A stretch of DNA of 64,000 bases from Vicugna vicugna (Eukaryota), in contig MU057809.1 of the NCBI GenBank assembly GCA_013265495.1, positions 1,353,062 to 1,417,061 on the forward strand, read 5' to 3'. A program made the position numbers and the translations under genes. Below are positions 22,767-33,728 of this stretch, in pieces (position 1 is the first letter of the stretch; each line of letters begins with the position of its first letter). The notes below the pieces were generated by a model. It did no database searches, was not told where the DNA came from, and was given only the letters and a program-made list of their open reading frames with translations.

Positions 22767-25700
22767 CTGCAGAAAAGCCAAGGTGTGACAGGCGTCAGAG
22801 CGGCAGCGGGGAGGGCCCCGGGCGGGGCGGCAGGACATCAGGGCCGCGCTTGACCTGACGCGGGGAAGCTTATCAGACTAGACTTTCTGATTTACAGGAA
22901 AACCTGTGTCCTCACCGCTCAGCGTGTCAGACGACAAAGAAGTCTCTGGAGAAACAACATGTTCGCTAGTGAACAGGGTGACGCTGGGTTTGGTCAGCCC
23001 GGGGGCTCCATCCGGCAGGGCTCCCCGCGGGAGGAGGGCGGTCGCCCGCCAAGTGTCCGGGAGGCGGCTGGCTCCCACAGCCGAAGCGCACTTCCCCAGC
23101 TCAGCACATCTGTGCGCTAGCGCAAGAATGACCTGCTTCTCCGGGGTCCTTTTTCGGTCTTTTATAGCCCAATGCTGGACTACACGAACGGGACTTCTGA
23201 GATGAAAGGCTTGGATTTTAAGGCAGAAAGAAGCAAGAACTGCTGCTGTGGCCATCAGGACATTACTGACTTCTGCCACTGAAGGGGCCAGATTCATTAC
23301 CTACAGAGCACCTTCCCATAAGCATAAACACTTGGACGTGTCCTCACGTGGAGGGTGGAAGGCCAGCTCAGCGCAGACGCCCTTCTCAGTGGAGGAGGCC
23401 CCGTGAAGAGATGCCGTTGCAAGCGCTCTGAGTCCGTGCCCTGTGAGGCCGCGAAGCTGCAACCCCACGCCCGGCCCAGGAGGCCTGCCCTCCGACTAGG
23501 CACCGTGCCCCGAGCCAATCAGCCGCTGTCATCACTCTCCAGGCTGCTCCAAGTTACTTCTGCCAAGGTTCCCCACACAGCCTCTAAGACAAGCCTCGTC
23601 TCCCCTCCTCCCCGACCCAGCACAGCTCCAGCCCTCTGCTCCATGGAGGAGTCCGTTCCGCGTGGCCTGTGCTGCTGTGAGCAAGAAGGCAAAACCCGTG
23701 ACTTAGAAGATAAAGAAAGACAAATTTACTCAAAGAACTCCTGCCAGACAGCTGGAAGGATTTCAACTTTGATACATACAAAAATTCCTCGAAGCGCTAT
23801 TAAAAACGGACCCATGTCACCTTGTTTAAACCTCTGATTACTCATCCACAGCCGAATGCTGGGAGCTGGTTCCCCTGTCTGGAGGAACACAGAATCTTCC
23901 CAATTAATTCCATTCTCTTTCCTTGAAATGGAAATGCTTTCCAAGCAGGGAAAAAACTCAAAACTAAACTTTGAAAATAAATATTGAGGGTAATTTTGAC
24001 ACCCAGCAAATCTCCTAACCCCGCCCCCAAACAGGGGAAAGGCAGACACTAAGGCTGCAGCCCCTTGAGGAAAAGGACTCTCATCGGGGTCTCTGCCGGC
24101 CCGGCCCCCGGCTCCCATGAGCCAGGGGTAACGGAGCTCAGGGAAAGGAGGGGAGCCTGCTGCACGGGCTGGACCCTGTCCAGTCGGTCAGCGCCGGAGG
24201 CCCTCAGGACAAGAGGCTACACCCGGCTCCTCTCCCGGGCGGGATCTGTGTCCAGTGGATGCATAGGGAGGAGGTCAGGGCTGAGATGACCTTTCCTCCG
24301 TCTCCAGGTCAGCACCTTGATAAGACACCAGGACACACTTGTTTTCCTTCTGTTCTTGGTGTCTGCGGAAGGCCTGAGCGGCAGGAGGGAGGAGTCCGCG
24401 AGAGCCAGAGGGATTCCTCAGACAAAGCTGTTATGTCACTTCCGGGGGACGTGGAGAATATTTTTCTCCCTAAGGGAAACATAACTTTTGGGGGTGTGAG
24501 CCTGATAAATGAGCACAGCCATCCACGTTCCCTGGTGTTGGGTGCCTCCCAGGGGTCAGGGCTGCCTGAGGCGGACAAGTCATAAGTCGGTCAGCACCAG
24601 GAGCACCTCACTTGGAAAGGAGATTTTCACAGCACCCGGACAGGGACACGGCACCTCCAGAAGACACACAGTGCAGCTCCGCCCACGACACGCCCCGGCC
24701 GTCAGCGGGTCCCCTCAGCCTCCCGGCATCCCCCTGGGGCCACCAGCGCAGGCATTCGGGGAAGCAGGCGTCTCCTGAAAACGGACCATGGTGCAGAGTG
24801 GCCCGGTTCCTGGACGCAGGGACAGTGGTTCTATGGCACCCAGAACGTTATCCAGAGCACTGGAAGCTCCACCATGGAAATGCGCCCACGTGGATAACAC
24901 AAGAAGTCTGCTTTAGCAAACGACAGCTTCAGAAGGGATGGAGGCGGACTCACACTGTCCAGTCCACCCTGGCCAGCAGGACACGCGGGATCGCGGGCAC
25001 GGCACGAGCGCCGGGGGCTCCTGCTAGCACGCGCCAAGAGAGCCACCTTCTTTGGCCTATCGGTGGCGCTGTGGTGCTCCTCAGCGTCCCCAGATCCCCT
25101 GTCAGCTCTTCCTGAGCCGGAGATGCAGCACCTGCAGCGTCTTCGGCTAGAAGATTCCAGCTAAACAAGAAAGCCTTGGAAGGGGGGGCCAGTCCAGAGT
25201 AAAAAAAAAAAAAAACCCTTCTGTTTTCAGCTCTCAGCAGATAACTCCATGCTGAGCCTGGGACGCCTTCCTTCTGGTGGCCAGAGACAGTCCGGTCAGG
25301 ATCCTGGCTCCCGAAGCAACAGAACTCTTGGCTAAAAGGTGTCCTAGGTGAAGCCCCGCCGCCCAAGGGGACTTGGCGTGTCACTCGAACCTTCAGTTGG
25401 GGCCGCAGAAGAGGGACGGCAGAGGGGCTGCGGCACTGACTGTCCCTCCCCGCGTGCCCCGGGCGGGCCGCCCCGCCAGCTGGCTCTCCCATTGCGCACG
25501 CACGCCCCACGGCTCTCCTGGAGCAGGCTGCAGCCGCGGGTTCCAATCCCTCAGTTACTGGTTTTCTGTATTAACAGATACAGGATCATACCTGCCATCT
25601 GGAGAATCCACTAATTGGGAAAAAAGGATTTGTGAGGAGGCACATTCTAGCCACCAGAAGTCTGAGTGCAGGTAGCACTGGGCCAGCGGGAACCAAAGGG

Positions 25701-26303
25701 CCCCCCGGGACCCGCTCGCCTTCGTGTCCGGAGAAGTGGAGGGAGCAAGGGGCCAGGGATGGGGGGAGGGGCTGCCCAGACCGACCGCCTACCTGCCCAC
25801 AGGTCCTGCCGAGGGAACCACCACTCAGCAGTCCTTCAGTACCCAGAGCAGGTGCGGGGACGGGAGAAGCCACGCTCTCCCCGCCCGGCCTGTGTCAAAG
25901 GCAGACGCTGAAACCATCACTAAACACGCAGGGTTCCTCACTGAGGGTTCATGCCTCCCCTCCAGCCCTTCTCAAACTCTTTCTCACTTTCTAACGGACA
26001 ACCCTTGTTGGATGTTTAAACTTTTCATACATTTCAAGTTTTGGTTAAGATCTTCACTCACCAACTTAACCATCTAAGACGCAAATACTCATTTGAAAAG
26101 TCCATTAATGGGCAATCAGTTAGTCCAGAACTCCAGGATTCAAGACACAATTGATAGAAATCGACGGTGATGATAAAAGGAAACTGGACTGTCAGTGCTG
26201 GAGTCAGGAAAAACTCTGGGTACGGAAACAGCCAGAACCGTCACGCGTCAGCTTAGAGTCCCACCATGCCTGGACAGGAGCTCAAACCGCAGCCACACCA
26301 TAC

Positions 26304-26394
26304 CTCAGGAGTCATTTCCACGCGGCCATCTTCCTCTTCATTCTTCATTTCTTCCAATTCTCGAAATTTCTTGGTGAGTGCTCGAATTTCTTCT
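26304..26394 (-). CDS. IQCE: IQCE exon 16 (EEIRALTKKFRELEEMKNEEEDGRVEMTPE)
   Basis: 91 nt, bounded by tag and gtatgg. Confidence 0.93.
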
Positions 26395-26854
26395 CTAAAG
26401 TGGGACGGGAAAAAAGGACTCCTTACTGGTCGCCATGCTGTGTAAGACGGCTGTACGTGACAGGAGGGGTGGCAGCCTGTGATGTGGGCACCGGCCAGCA
26501 CCCGACTGCCCTGGGGACCGCACCGGAGACCCCACTGGGCCCCACGCCTGGCACAAGTAGGTAGGAGCGGAACAAGCACCAATTGCTTGAATGATGAGTA
26601 AGAGTCACTGGGGGTCTTTAATGGAAGGAAACACGACTCTTGTCCTCGCCACAGATTTTAAAGGCAAAGCGAAGATAATTCTGTGCTGTGACCTGCCCCT
26701 ACTGATTTACCTGAATTCTAGCCTTCTGACAAAATCTAGTCACATTTATTCTGAAAATAAAGTCTTTACTTCATCTCAGTAATTTGTTTCTCACTAACTA
26801 CTCTGAGTGCTAAGTATTTCTGCTTAGATTTCTAATCTGCTGGTTTTGGGTGAT

Positions 26855-27270
26855 TGAGATAAAATCCGTGTAACACAAAATTCATTACTTTAAAGTATGC
26901 AATTAAGTGGCTTTTAGTGTGGCCACAGTGTTGTTCAGCTATCAGTGGTATCTGATTCTAGAACATTTCCGTCATCCCGGAAGAAGCCCCTCACCCGTCA
27001 CCCACTCCCTCCCCTCGCCTCCCCCGCAACCACTTGTCTGTCTCTACAAACGTGCCCCCTTTGGAAACTTGCGAATCACACAACATTCGGGCTTTCCTGT
27101 CTGATTCTCTCATTGAGCCTCATGTTTCTGAGGTTCGTTCACATTGTAGCAGGTGTTCAACTTCATTCCTCTGGATGGATACACTTGTTTCTTTATCTAC
27201 TCCTCAGCTGACGGACATTTGGGCTGTTCCCACTTTTTGGCTGCCATAAACAGTGATAAACACAGGAGGG
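26855..27270 (-). mobile_element. L1M 3' end fragment
   Basis: aaattcattactttaaagtatgcaatt..gtggcttttagt, ttctagaacatttccgtcatccc, ggacatttgggctgttcccacttttt. Confidence 0.8.
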
Positions 27271-27606
27271 TGGGAGCTGACTGACAGCCGGGTGGAGCCC
27301 TGACCGGGGTATGGAACCTGGGCACGCTGAGCCTGCCCATGATGGACATGCAGGAGGATGTGGGCAGGGGAGTTGGCCGTGATGCCAAGGGGGCAAACGC
27401 TGGCCCAACCATGAGGAGCCTTTCCCCAAAGTCTGGATCTTTACTCTGGAGGGAACAGCAAACCACTGAGAGACGTCAGAGGAGGAGCAACGTGATGGGG
27501 CCTAGGCTTTGGAAGTCGCCCTTGGGGCTGGGCTCAGAGCAGATGGAGGGGCGGGGCAAGGGGCAGGGAGGGCCTGGAACTGTGTCTTCTGACTTAGTCC
27601 ACTCAC

Positions 27607-27711
27607 CTCAAAGCCTCCTCTCTCTCTTTTCTCTCCTTCTCAACCTCCTTCATGTTTTCCAGCTCCTTCTGCAGATCCGCCTTTGTCTGCAGGAGCTGCT
27701 TCACTTCCAAA
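27607..27711 (-). CDS. IQCE: IQCE exon 15 (LEVKQLLQTKADLQKELENMKEVEKERKEREEALR)
   Basis: 105 nt, bounded by cag and gtgagt. Confidence 0.95.
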
Positions 27712-28509
27712 CTGAACAAGGAACCAGAGACATTTCAGCACCATTAAAACCTCTGCTCACCATTACCCAGGTCATCACAGAGCAGGAAAAGCTTTCAAGA
27801 AAATACGTGTGTAACCTCCGTACTCATGATGGGAGGGTGGAGAAAAGCCCTTCTTGGTAATGGCAGGGAGCCGGGAGCAGACCCGACTCCTGATGCCAGC
27901 TCATTCAGGTGTTTACTGGGCACCTGCTGTGTGCCAGCAACTGTCAGGTGCGGAGCCACTGGGTAGGTGCTGGCCCTGCTCTCACAGGCCTCACTGTCCT
28001 GGGGGAGAGGCATTCACCCAGCGGTCTCACAATTAGTGCCTACCTGTCCCTGAGATGAGTGCTGCCATAGGCCCGCCACCGACTGGGTGGTGGCACAGCC
28101 TGAGCTGAGGCTGGAGGACAAGGGGTACCAGGCGCCTCCAACCAAATGGCTTAGATGGGCTTCCTGAGCCGCAAGGGTGACACGTGGCTTTAAGACAGCC
28201 ACTGCTTACTGTGGTGCTGACGTCAGTCAGCGCTCCATGAACAGGAGCTGTTCAAGCGACGGGCTAAGAGGTCAGAGATGCTAGCTACCGTTCAAAATGA
28301 CAGCCTGTTTCTACAAGACCCCATCATTGCGTGGATGTTACACTTGGACTGGAGGTGAAAAAGCAGGTGGGGTGTGACACACTGTTCTGCTGTGACCAGA
28401 AGGCAGCAGAGACAGGTCCTTTTCAGATCTAACCGTGTGAACTAGTCACCAGGGGGTCTCACTGTGAGCAGAGCTGGAGTCAGGAGATCTGGGCCAGGCT
28501 GACATAACC

Positions 28510-28740
28510 AGCCCCAAGGTGGGCGGGGCCCGAGGGAGCACATCTCTCCAGCCCCCAGGTGGGTGGGGCCTGCCTCTGCCCAGCCCCCAGGTGGGTGGGG
28601 CCTGCATCTCTCCAGCCCCAGGTGAGTGGGGCCTGACAGCCTGCATCTCTCACAGCCCCTGGTGGGTGGGGCCTGCATCTCACAGCCCCTAGGTGGGCGG
28701 AGCCCGAGGACCCCCATCTCTCCAGCCCCAGGTGGGCGGG
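28510..28740. repeat. Minisatellite, ~31-bp unit CATCTCTCCAGCCCCAGGTGGGTGGGGCCTG, about 7 degenerate copies
   Basis: Recurring ccc[ca]ggtg[ga]g[tc]gg core with catctc/cagccc spacers. Confidence 0.9.
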
Positions 28741-28796
28741 AGCAGGCCCTCTCCCCGAGGCCAGGCACCAGCGGTGCCGCACAACGGACAACGTAC

Positions 28797-29005
28797 TCCT
28801 TTTCCTGCAGCTGGGTGTGCAGGGCATTCCGCTCGCCTTTCAGACTCTTCACCGCCCCCCGCAGACGCTCGCTCTCCTCCTGCCGGTCCTGCCGGTCTGG
28901 GCGCATCTGCCGGGGCCCCACGGAGCTGGACGTGGAGTGAGCAGGAGGGTTGGACCTGACCACCTCTGAGGCGTGGGATTTGAGGCTTTCCATCGAACTT
29001 ATTTT
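28797..29005 (-). CDS. IQCE: IQCE exon 14 (KISSMESLKSH...ERLRGAVKSLKGERNALHTQLQEK)
   Basis: 209 nt, bounded by cag and gtacgt. It is 9 nt longer than the human exon as recalled, with a visible DRQDRQ duplication. Confidence 0.93.
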
Positions 29006-30167
29006 CTGGAGGCAACAGACATCTGTTAGACGTTATTTCTTATTTCACTCTCCCAGAAAGGAGACCGTGGCCATCCCGAGCAAGGGACTGGGAAGAGCTC
29101 TGCGCAGGGCCTGAGGGCCTGGGACGCTGGCCGGGGGCAGCTCTGCTCCGCCAGAGTCCCGGGGGCAGAGGGCAGGGCGCCCACCAGCACTCCCTCCCGC
29201 CCCCGGAGGGGAGCGGGGAGCGCAGACCCGGCCTTAGAGAGCGAGGGCGAAGGGAGGTGAATCCATAAACCGCTTTTCTTTGCGCTCATCGATCCTCTTA
29301 TCTCCCTAAACGTCTGGAACTTTCAGCCCTTCTGCTCTCCCGTCAGCCCTGCTCTGCCGGCCGTGGACACCAGCAGCTTCAGGTTCCCGCCGGGCAGCAT
29401 CTCCGGGTGTGTGGAAAGGCGCTGCCCTGCCCGCTCCAGGACCTCTGGGGGCCTTTCTTTCCTAACAGGCTTTATTTTTAAACTACCCTCAACTAAACTT
29501 CTTAAGTCTTCTGCTTTGTAAACACGTGAAATTGTTATTTTTTATGTTCCTCTCTCTGTTTATTCTGCTCAGCCAGACAACTGACAGCTCTAACTTGATA
29601 TCTGACCAGTACTCGAAAGACATCGGCCGTTCTGATCAACTTCAACAGCATCGCCCTGATTACACGTGCAAATTCACGGGGTCGGGGGCTGCGAGGAAAT
29701 GTTAACTTCCTAACTTTTCTGGATGGCAAAGTGTGGATGCACAGTTTTCTGTGAGTTCAGACAGTAAACAAGTGGTGAGCGAAACCATCTGGTAAGTGAC
29801 GGGCAGTAAAAAGCCCCCGGGGCAGGTGGATGTACGTCGGGCTGGGTTTCTGACAGGCTCTGGGATTCCATGCACCCACTACGGTTGCACACGGAAGTTG
29901 GAAATGGTGTGTGGGGTGAGCACACCTTGACACCTGTGACGCGAGGGACAGGAGTGACACGGCCGTTAGGTCTTGCCTGGACCCTAGGAGCCTCCTCTCG
30001 CCAGCGCATCCCGTGTGCCGTCCGGAGACAGACAGCCACTGTTTACACGCTCCATGAGACCTGTCTCCCTCCATAAGACCCCCATCTGTCCCCCGCATTC
30101 TGATGCCCCAGCACTCTCGCAGGGCGGCCCTGAGCAGGGAAGGTGACGTGACACGCCCACCACTCAC

Positions 30168-30223
30168 TTTCTCCAGCTCTGCGATCCGCCGGAGCAGCCG
30201 GGGCTTACTCCACTCCACGTAAC
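30168..30223 (-). CDS. IQCE: IQCE exon 13 (GYVEWSKPRLLRRIAELEK)
   Basis: 56 nt, bounded by cag and gtgagt. Confidence 0.96.
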
Positions 30224-31792
30224 CTGAAGGCAAACGGGGTTGGACGGTCACTCTTCGTACAGCCCTCCCGAGGGGCCCCTTCACGAGGACCCCCCAACCC
30301 CCTGTCTGGAGCGCAGCCTGACAGCTCCCCTCCACTGGCTGGCCCCTGCAAGGCGGGAGCTCCACACCCAGCAGATCTGTGGCAAAGGGCGGCTCCAGGG
30401 TGACACAGCCATCCCCTTCCCTGCAGTCATGGGCACTAATGGTCTCCCGATGCTCAGAGTGACCCCTCCCCTGACTCTGTCCCCAGCAGGCTAGGGCCCC
30501 ACCAGCCCATCAAGATGGTCCTTCTGAAGCTCACTGGTGGGGTCACTCTGCCAAATCCAAAGCTCCAGTCTCAACCCTCATCCTCCTGGGCTCATCAGCA
30601 CATCTTCCCCCCAACACTTCCTTCCCCTGGCCTTCCAGACGCCCCCAGCACCTCTGCCCTCTGGGCACCACTGTGTGATCCCTCCCCTCCGCTCTGCCCA
30701 CTCACTACGGGGTCTGACTCTCACCAGGCCCTCTGGCCCCTGACGACCCGCAGCTTTCTCTCTCCTGCCGAGGCCCTGCCCTGACTCACTGATGCGTCTG
30801 ACCCCCCTGGGCCCTGGAAGAGGACACCCGCAGACCCTCCCCGTTCCCCCTCGCTGCAGTCAAGGGCACCTCTGTCCTCTCAGGAGCTCAGACAAAAACT
30901 GCAGAGAGACTCCCCGTCTCACAGGCCACACCCAATCTCCGAATGCATGGAGCACCTGGCCATCTCTCAGCCCTCAGCGCCACCTGGTCTGGGCCACAGC
31001 AGCCCCTACAAGGACCATGAGGAAGCTTTTGTCTTCCCGGTCCCCCCTCCCCCACACAGCGTCCACCCAGCTCAGAAGAGGGGGTCCTTGAGAGACAAGT
31101 CAGACACTTCTCACCTCTGCTCAAACCCTCTGTCCTTTGAGTGACCATCAAGGCCCTGTTTCTCGCCTGCCCCCACTTCTGTCTTCATTGCCACGACTCC
31201 CACCGCTACCTGGCTGGGCACGGGGCCGCCTCACTGGCCTGCAAACCTGCCAGGCACACTCAGGGCCTCTGTGCCCGCTGCTCCCCAGCCTGGAGTGCCC
31301 TTCCCCCGCTGTGGGCGTGGCTGTCCCTCCCCACCAGGCCTGTGCTCAGCTGTTGCTGTGTCATGGGGCCTTCCCGGACCCCATCACAGGTGCACACCAC
31401 AGCCCCTGACCCGCTGCCTCCTTCCCCTGTTACTATGCTTCACAGCACTATTCCCAGCTGATGCACGCGCATTTGACCTGCTGGCTTCTCCTCTGTCCGC
31501 TAGGACGCACCTCCTCGGGGATCCGCGCATGTTCCTTCTACTCTACCTCCAGTGTCTAGAACAGTGCCTGGCACAAAGCACCACGTTTTGGAATACACTT
31601 TGAAGCAGTGTGGCCCAGTGGTCTGCATCTGCAGACAGTGAAACAGGCCTTGGTGGCTGGGAGGGAAGGAGGGAGGGAGGGCCAGGACCCTCTGGCAGGC
31701 ACCACATCTTCCCGCTGGGGGCATGGGACATGGACCCTCTGCTGGCATCTACTCCCCCCGCCCCCACCTTGGTGGTTCTGGGAAGCAGGTAC

Positions 31793-31956
31793 CCTTTATC
31801 TTGGAGATGGTGGGGGAGTTGCTCAGCATGCGGTCCAGGTCTTCCTTCAGGCTCTGGTTCTCCTCTGTGAGCTCCTGGACGCTGCGGGACAAGCTCAGGA
31901 AGGCACTGCTCATTTTTTTCTGCTTTTTAAGGCCGATTTTCTTCTCCACTGGAGGC
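31793..31956 (-). CDS. IQCE: IQCE exon 12 (PPVEKKIGLKKQKKMSSAFLSLSRSVQELTEENQSLKEDLDRMLSNSPTISKIK)
   Basis: 164 nt, bounded by tag and gtacct. Confidence 0.96.
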
Positions 31957-32302
31957 CTAGGAGCAACAAGACCAAGTGGCCAAGGCTGAGTTCCTCAACT
32001 GGCTCAATCCACGTCCAGACTGAGGGGTAGGCGTGTGATGTCCTGGGGGCTCAGAGCAGTTTCTGCAGACTAATGTTTGCAGCTTAACAGGGAACACTAA
32101 CTTTGAACTCCAGACGGGAAGCTGTTATCCCCCCCAACCCTCCTCATTAGCAAACCCGTGTAGCAAAATACTGCATCCAGCCATTAGTAGTCGGTTTTAA
32201 ATAGTGCCACTAAAAAATGCATGGAAATTTCTTGTCTCTATTGTTCCAAACGTACCGAGATACTAGTTTTGATTTTGTCTCTTATTCCACAAAGTCTAAA
32301 AT

Positions 32303-32791
32303 AGTCGCTCCCCATTATTCATAGATTCCAAATCTGCAAATTCGCCTTCTCGCTAACATGTATTCGTAACCCCCAAATCGACAGCTGTGTGCCTCTGTGG
32401 TCACTCTGAGGCACGGGCAGAGGGGAGGTGTGTCTGAGCCCTGGGCGGGCACCTCTGGTCTCAGATCTTGTGCTGTCAGTAGGGTGGTTTTCGTGGTCTA
32501 CCTGGTGCCTCACGTTTGTGCTCTCTGTTGGCGGTTTCACCATTTTAAATGGTCCTTGCAGTGCAGTTTGCAGTCACTAAAAGTAAGTGACTCAGGAGGA
32601 ACCACACATGTGTGTTAGACCAGCTTTGTTCAGCCCGAGTCACAGTGCAGCTGGTCGTGCATGCAGCGTTGATGAACCAACAATGTACACGAAATACGGT
32701 GTCCGTCAACAGGAACACACACAACGGCAGGTTTCATGCTGCCTGGCTGACGGAAATGCTGTGACCACTCCGGGAGCAACGGGAATCGACT
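32303..32791 (+). mobile_element. Tigger4 (MER46/Zombi-type) DNA transposon remnant
   Basis: Degenerate terminal inverted repeats agtcgctccccattattc and gcaacgggaatcgactg. Internal gtaacccccaaatc and tgtgtgttagaccagctttgttcag motifs. Confidence 0.75.
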
Positions 32792-33381
32792 GTGACTCCT
32801 GCCTGGCCCTTTACAGAGTTTGCCAACCCCCATTCTAAACGACTAGGGGGAAACAGAAAAAGGGGAGAGCGTGCCTGGCAGTGTCCGTGCTCAGCAGTGT
32901 CAGCGACTCACTGCAGGGGCCGGGGCCACAACCAAATCTATGACAGTGGCCACTCCATCCTGAGTCTGTTAAAAGCGCAATGTCGTCTCGGAAAGGGCCA
33001 AGGGGTACAGGAAATCGACCAGATAAGGAAACTCTGCTGTCTCTCCTAGGAAACCTGCGTGGCAAGGTGAACTCATACTTGGTACTAAGTGCCTTCCTGG
33101 AAGGAAGGTCTGCTTTGAAATTAGGTCTGTTTCCTAATGCTCTGCTGGAAACGTTAAGCAGTTTGAGCGCGGAACACGCTGTCCGGCGTCAGCGCGTGGC
33201 TGTAGCGAGGCCACAGCTGCACCGTCCCAGGGGGAAGCATCGGCTCTAGCCATGAACACAGCAGGGCGCTGCTCCTAAGTTTTGGGCAGTGTCTGCGGTC
33301 TCCACGCAAGGCCTGCACCACTGAGGGCAGCTGACCGGGAAGGCAACCCACAAAACATGGCTCCCAAAGAGAGGCTCATAC

Positions 33382-33431
33382 GTCTTCCCTGTCGTTTCAG
33401 AACTTGCCAGGAGAGTCTGGAGACGACGAGT
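33382..33431 (-). CDS. IQCE: IQCE exon 11 (TRRLQTLLASSETTGK)
   Basis: 50 nt, acceptor tttacag, donor gtatga. Confidence 0.92.
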
Positions 33432-33655
33432 CTGTAAACATCAAGGTAAAGTGCAGTAAATACAACACGAGACCAGCAGAGACCTTCCTCTGAGAACCCG
33501 GGGCTCAGTCCCAGCTTCTGCCCGGGCAGCAGGTAAGCGCTGTGTTCAAGCTGAGATGGACCAGAGGAGGTTCCCACGGCGCACGCAGCCAGGCCAGCAC
33601 GCACCCTCCCGCACTCTCCCAGCCCGCACCCTGCTCTGGGCGAGAGGGCACACAC

Positions 33656-33728
33656 CTCCTCGTAATACGTCTCCATGGCGACCCTCATCTCCTCCAAGTT
33701 GGTAGTCTTCATGTCAGTCTGCAGTTTG
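33656..33728 (-). CDS. IQCE: IQCE exon 10 (KLQTDMKTTNLEEMRVAMETYYEE)
   Basis: 73 nt, acceptor ttttcag, donor gtgtgt. It starts in phase 2, so it needs an upstream exon ending in phase 2. Confidence 0.95.

Noticed and set aside
21772-22788. Longest ORF in the track (338 aa, plus strand)
   Set aside because: Antisense to IQCE intron 17/exon 17 in very GC-rich DNA. Low-complexity Pro/Ser/Gly/Ala composition, non-ATG start, no recognisable domain.
28510-28740. Repeat array superficially like a CRISPR
   Set aside because: Degenerate head-to-tail units without unique spacers, inside a mammalian intron, with no cas genes. It is a minisatellite.
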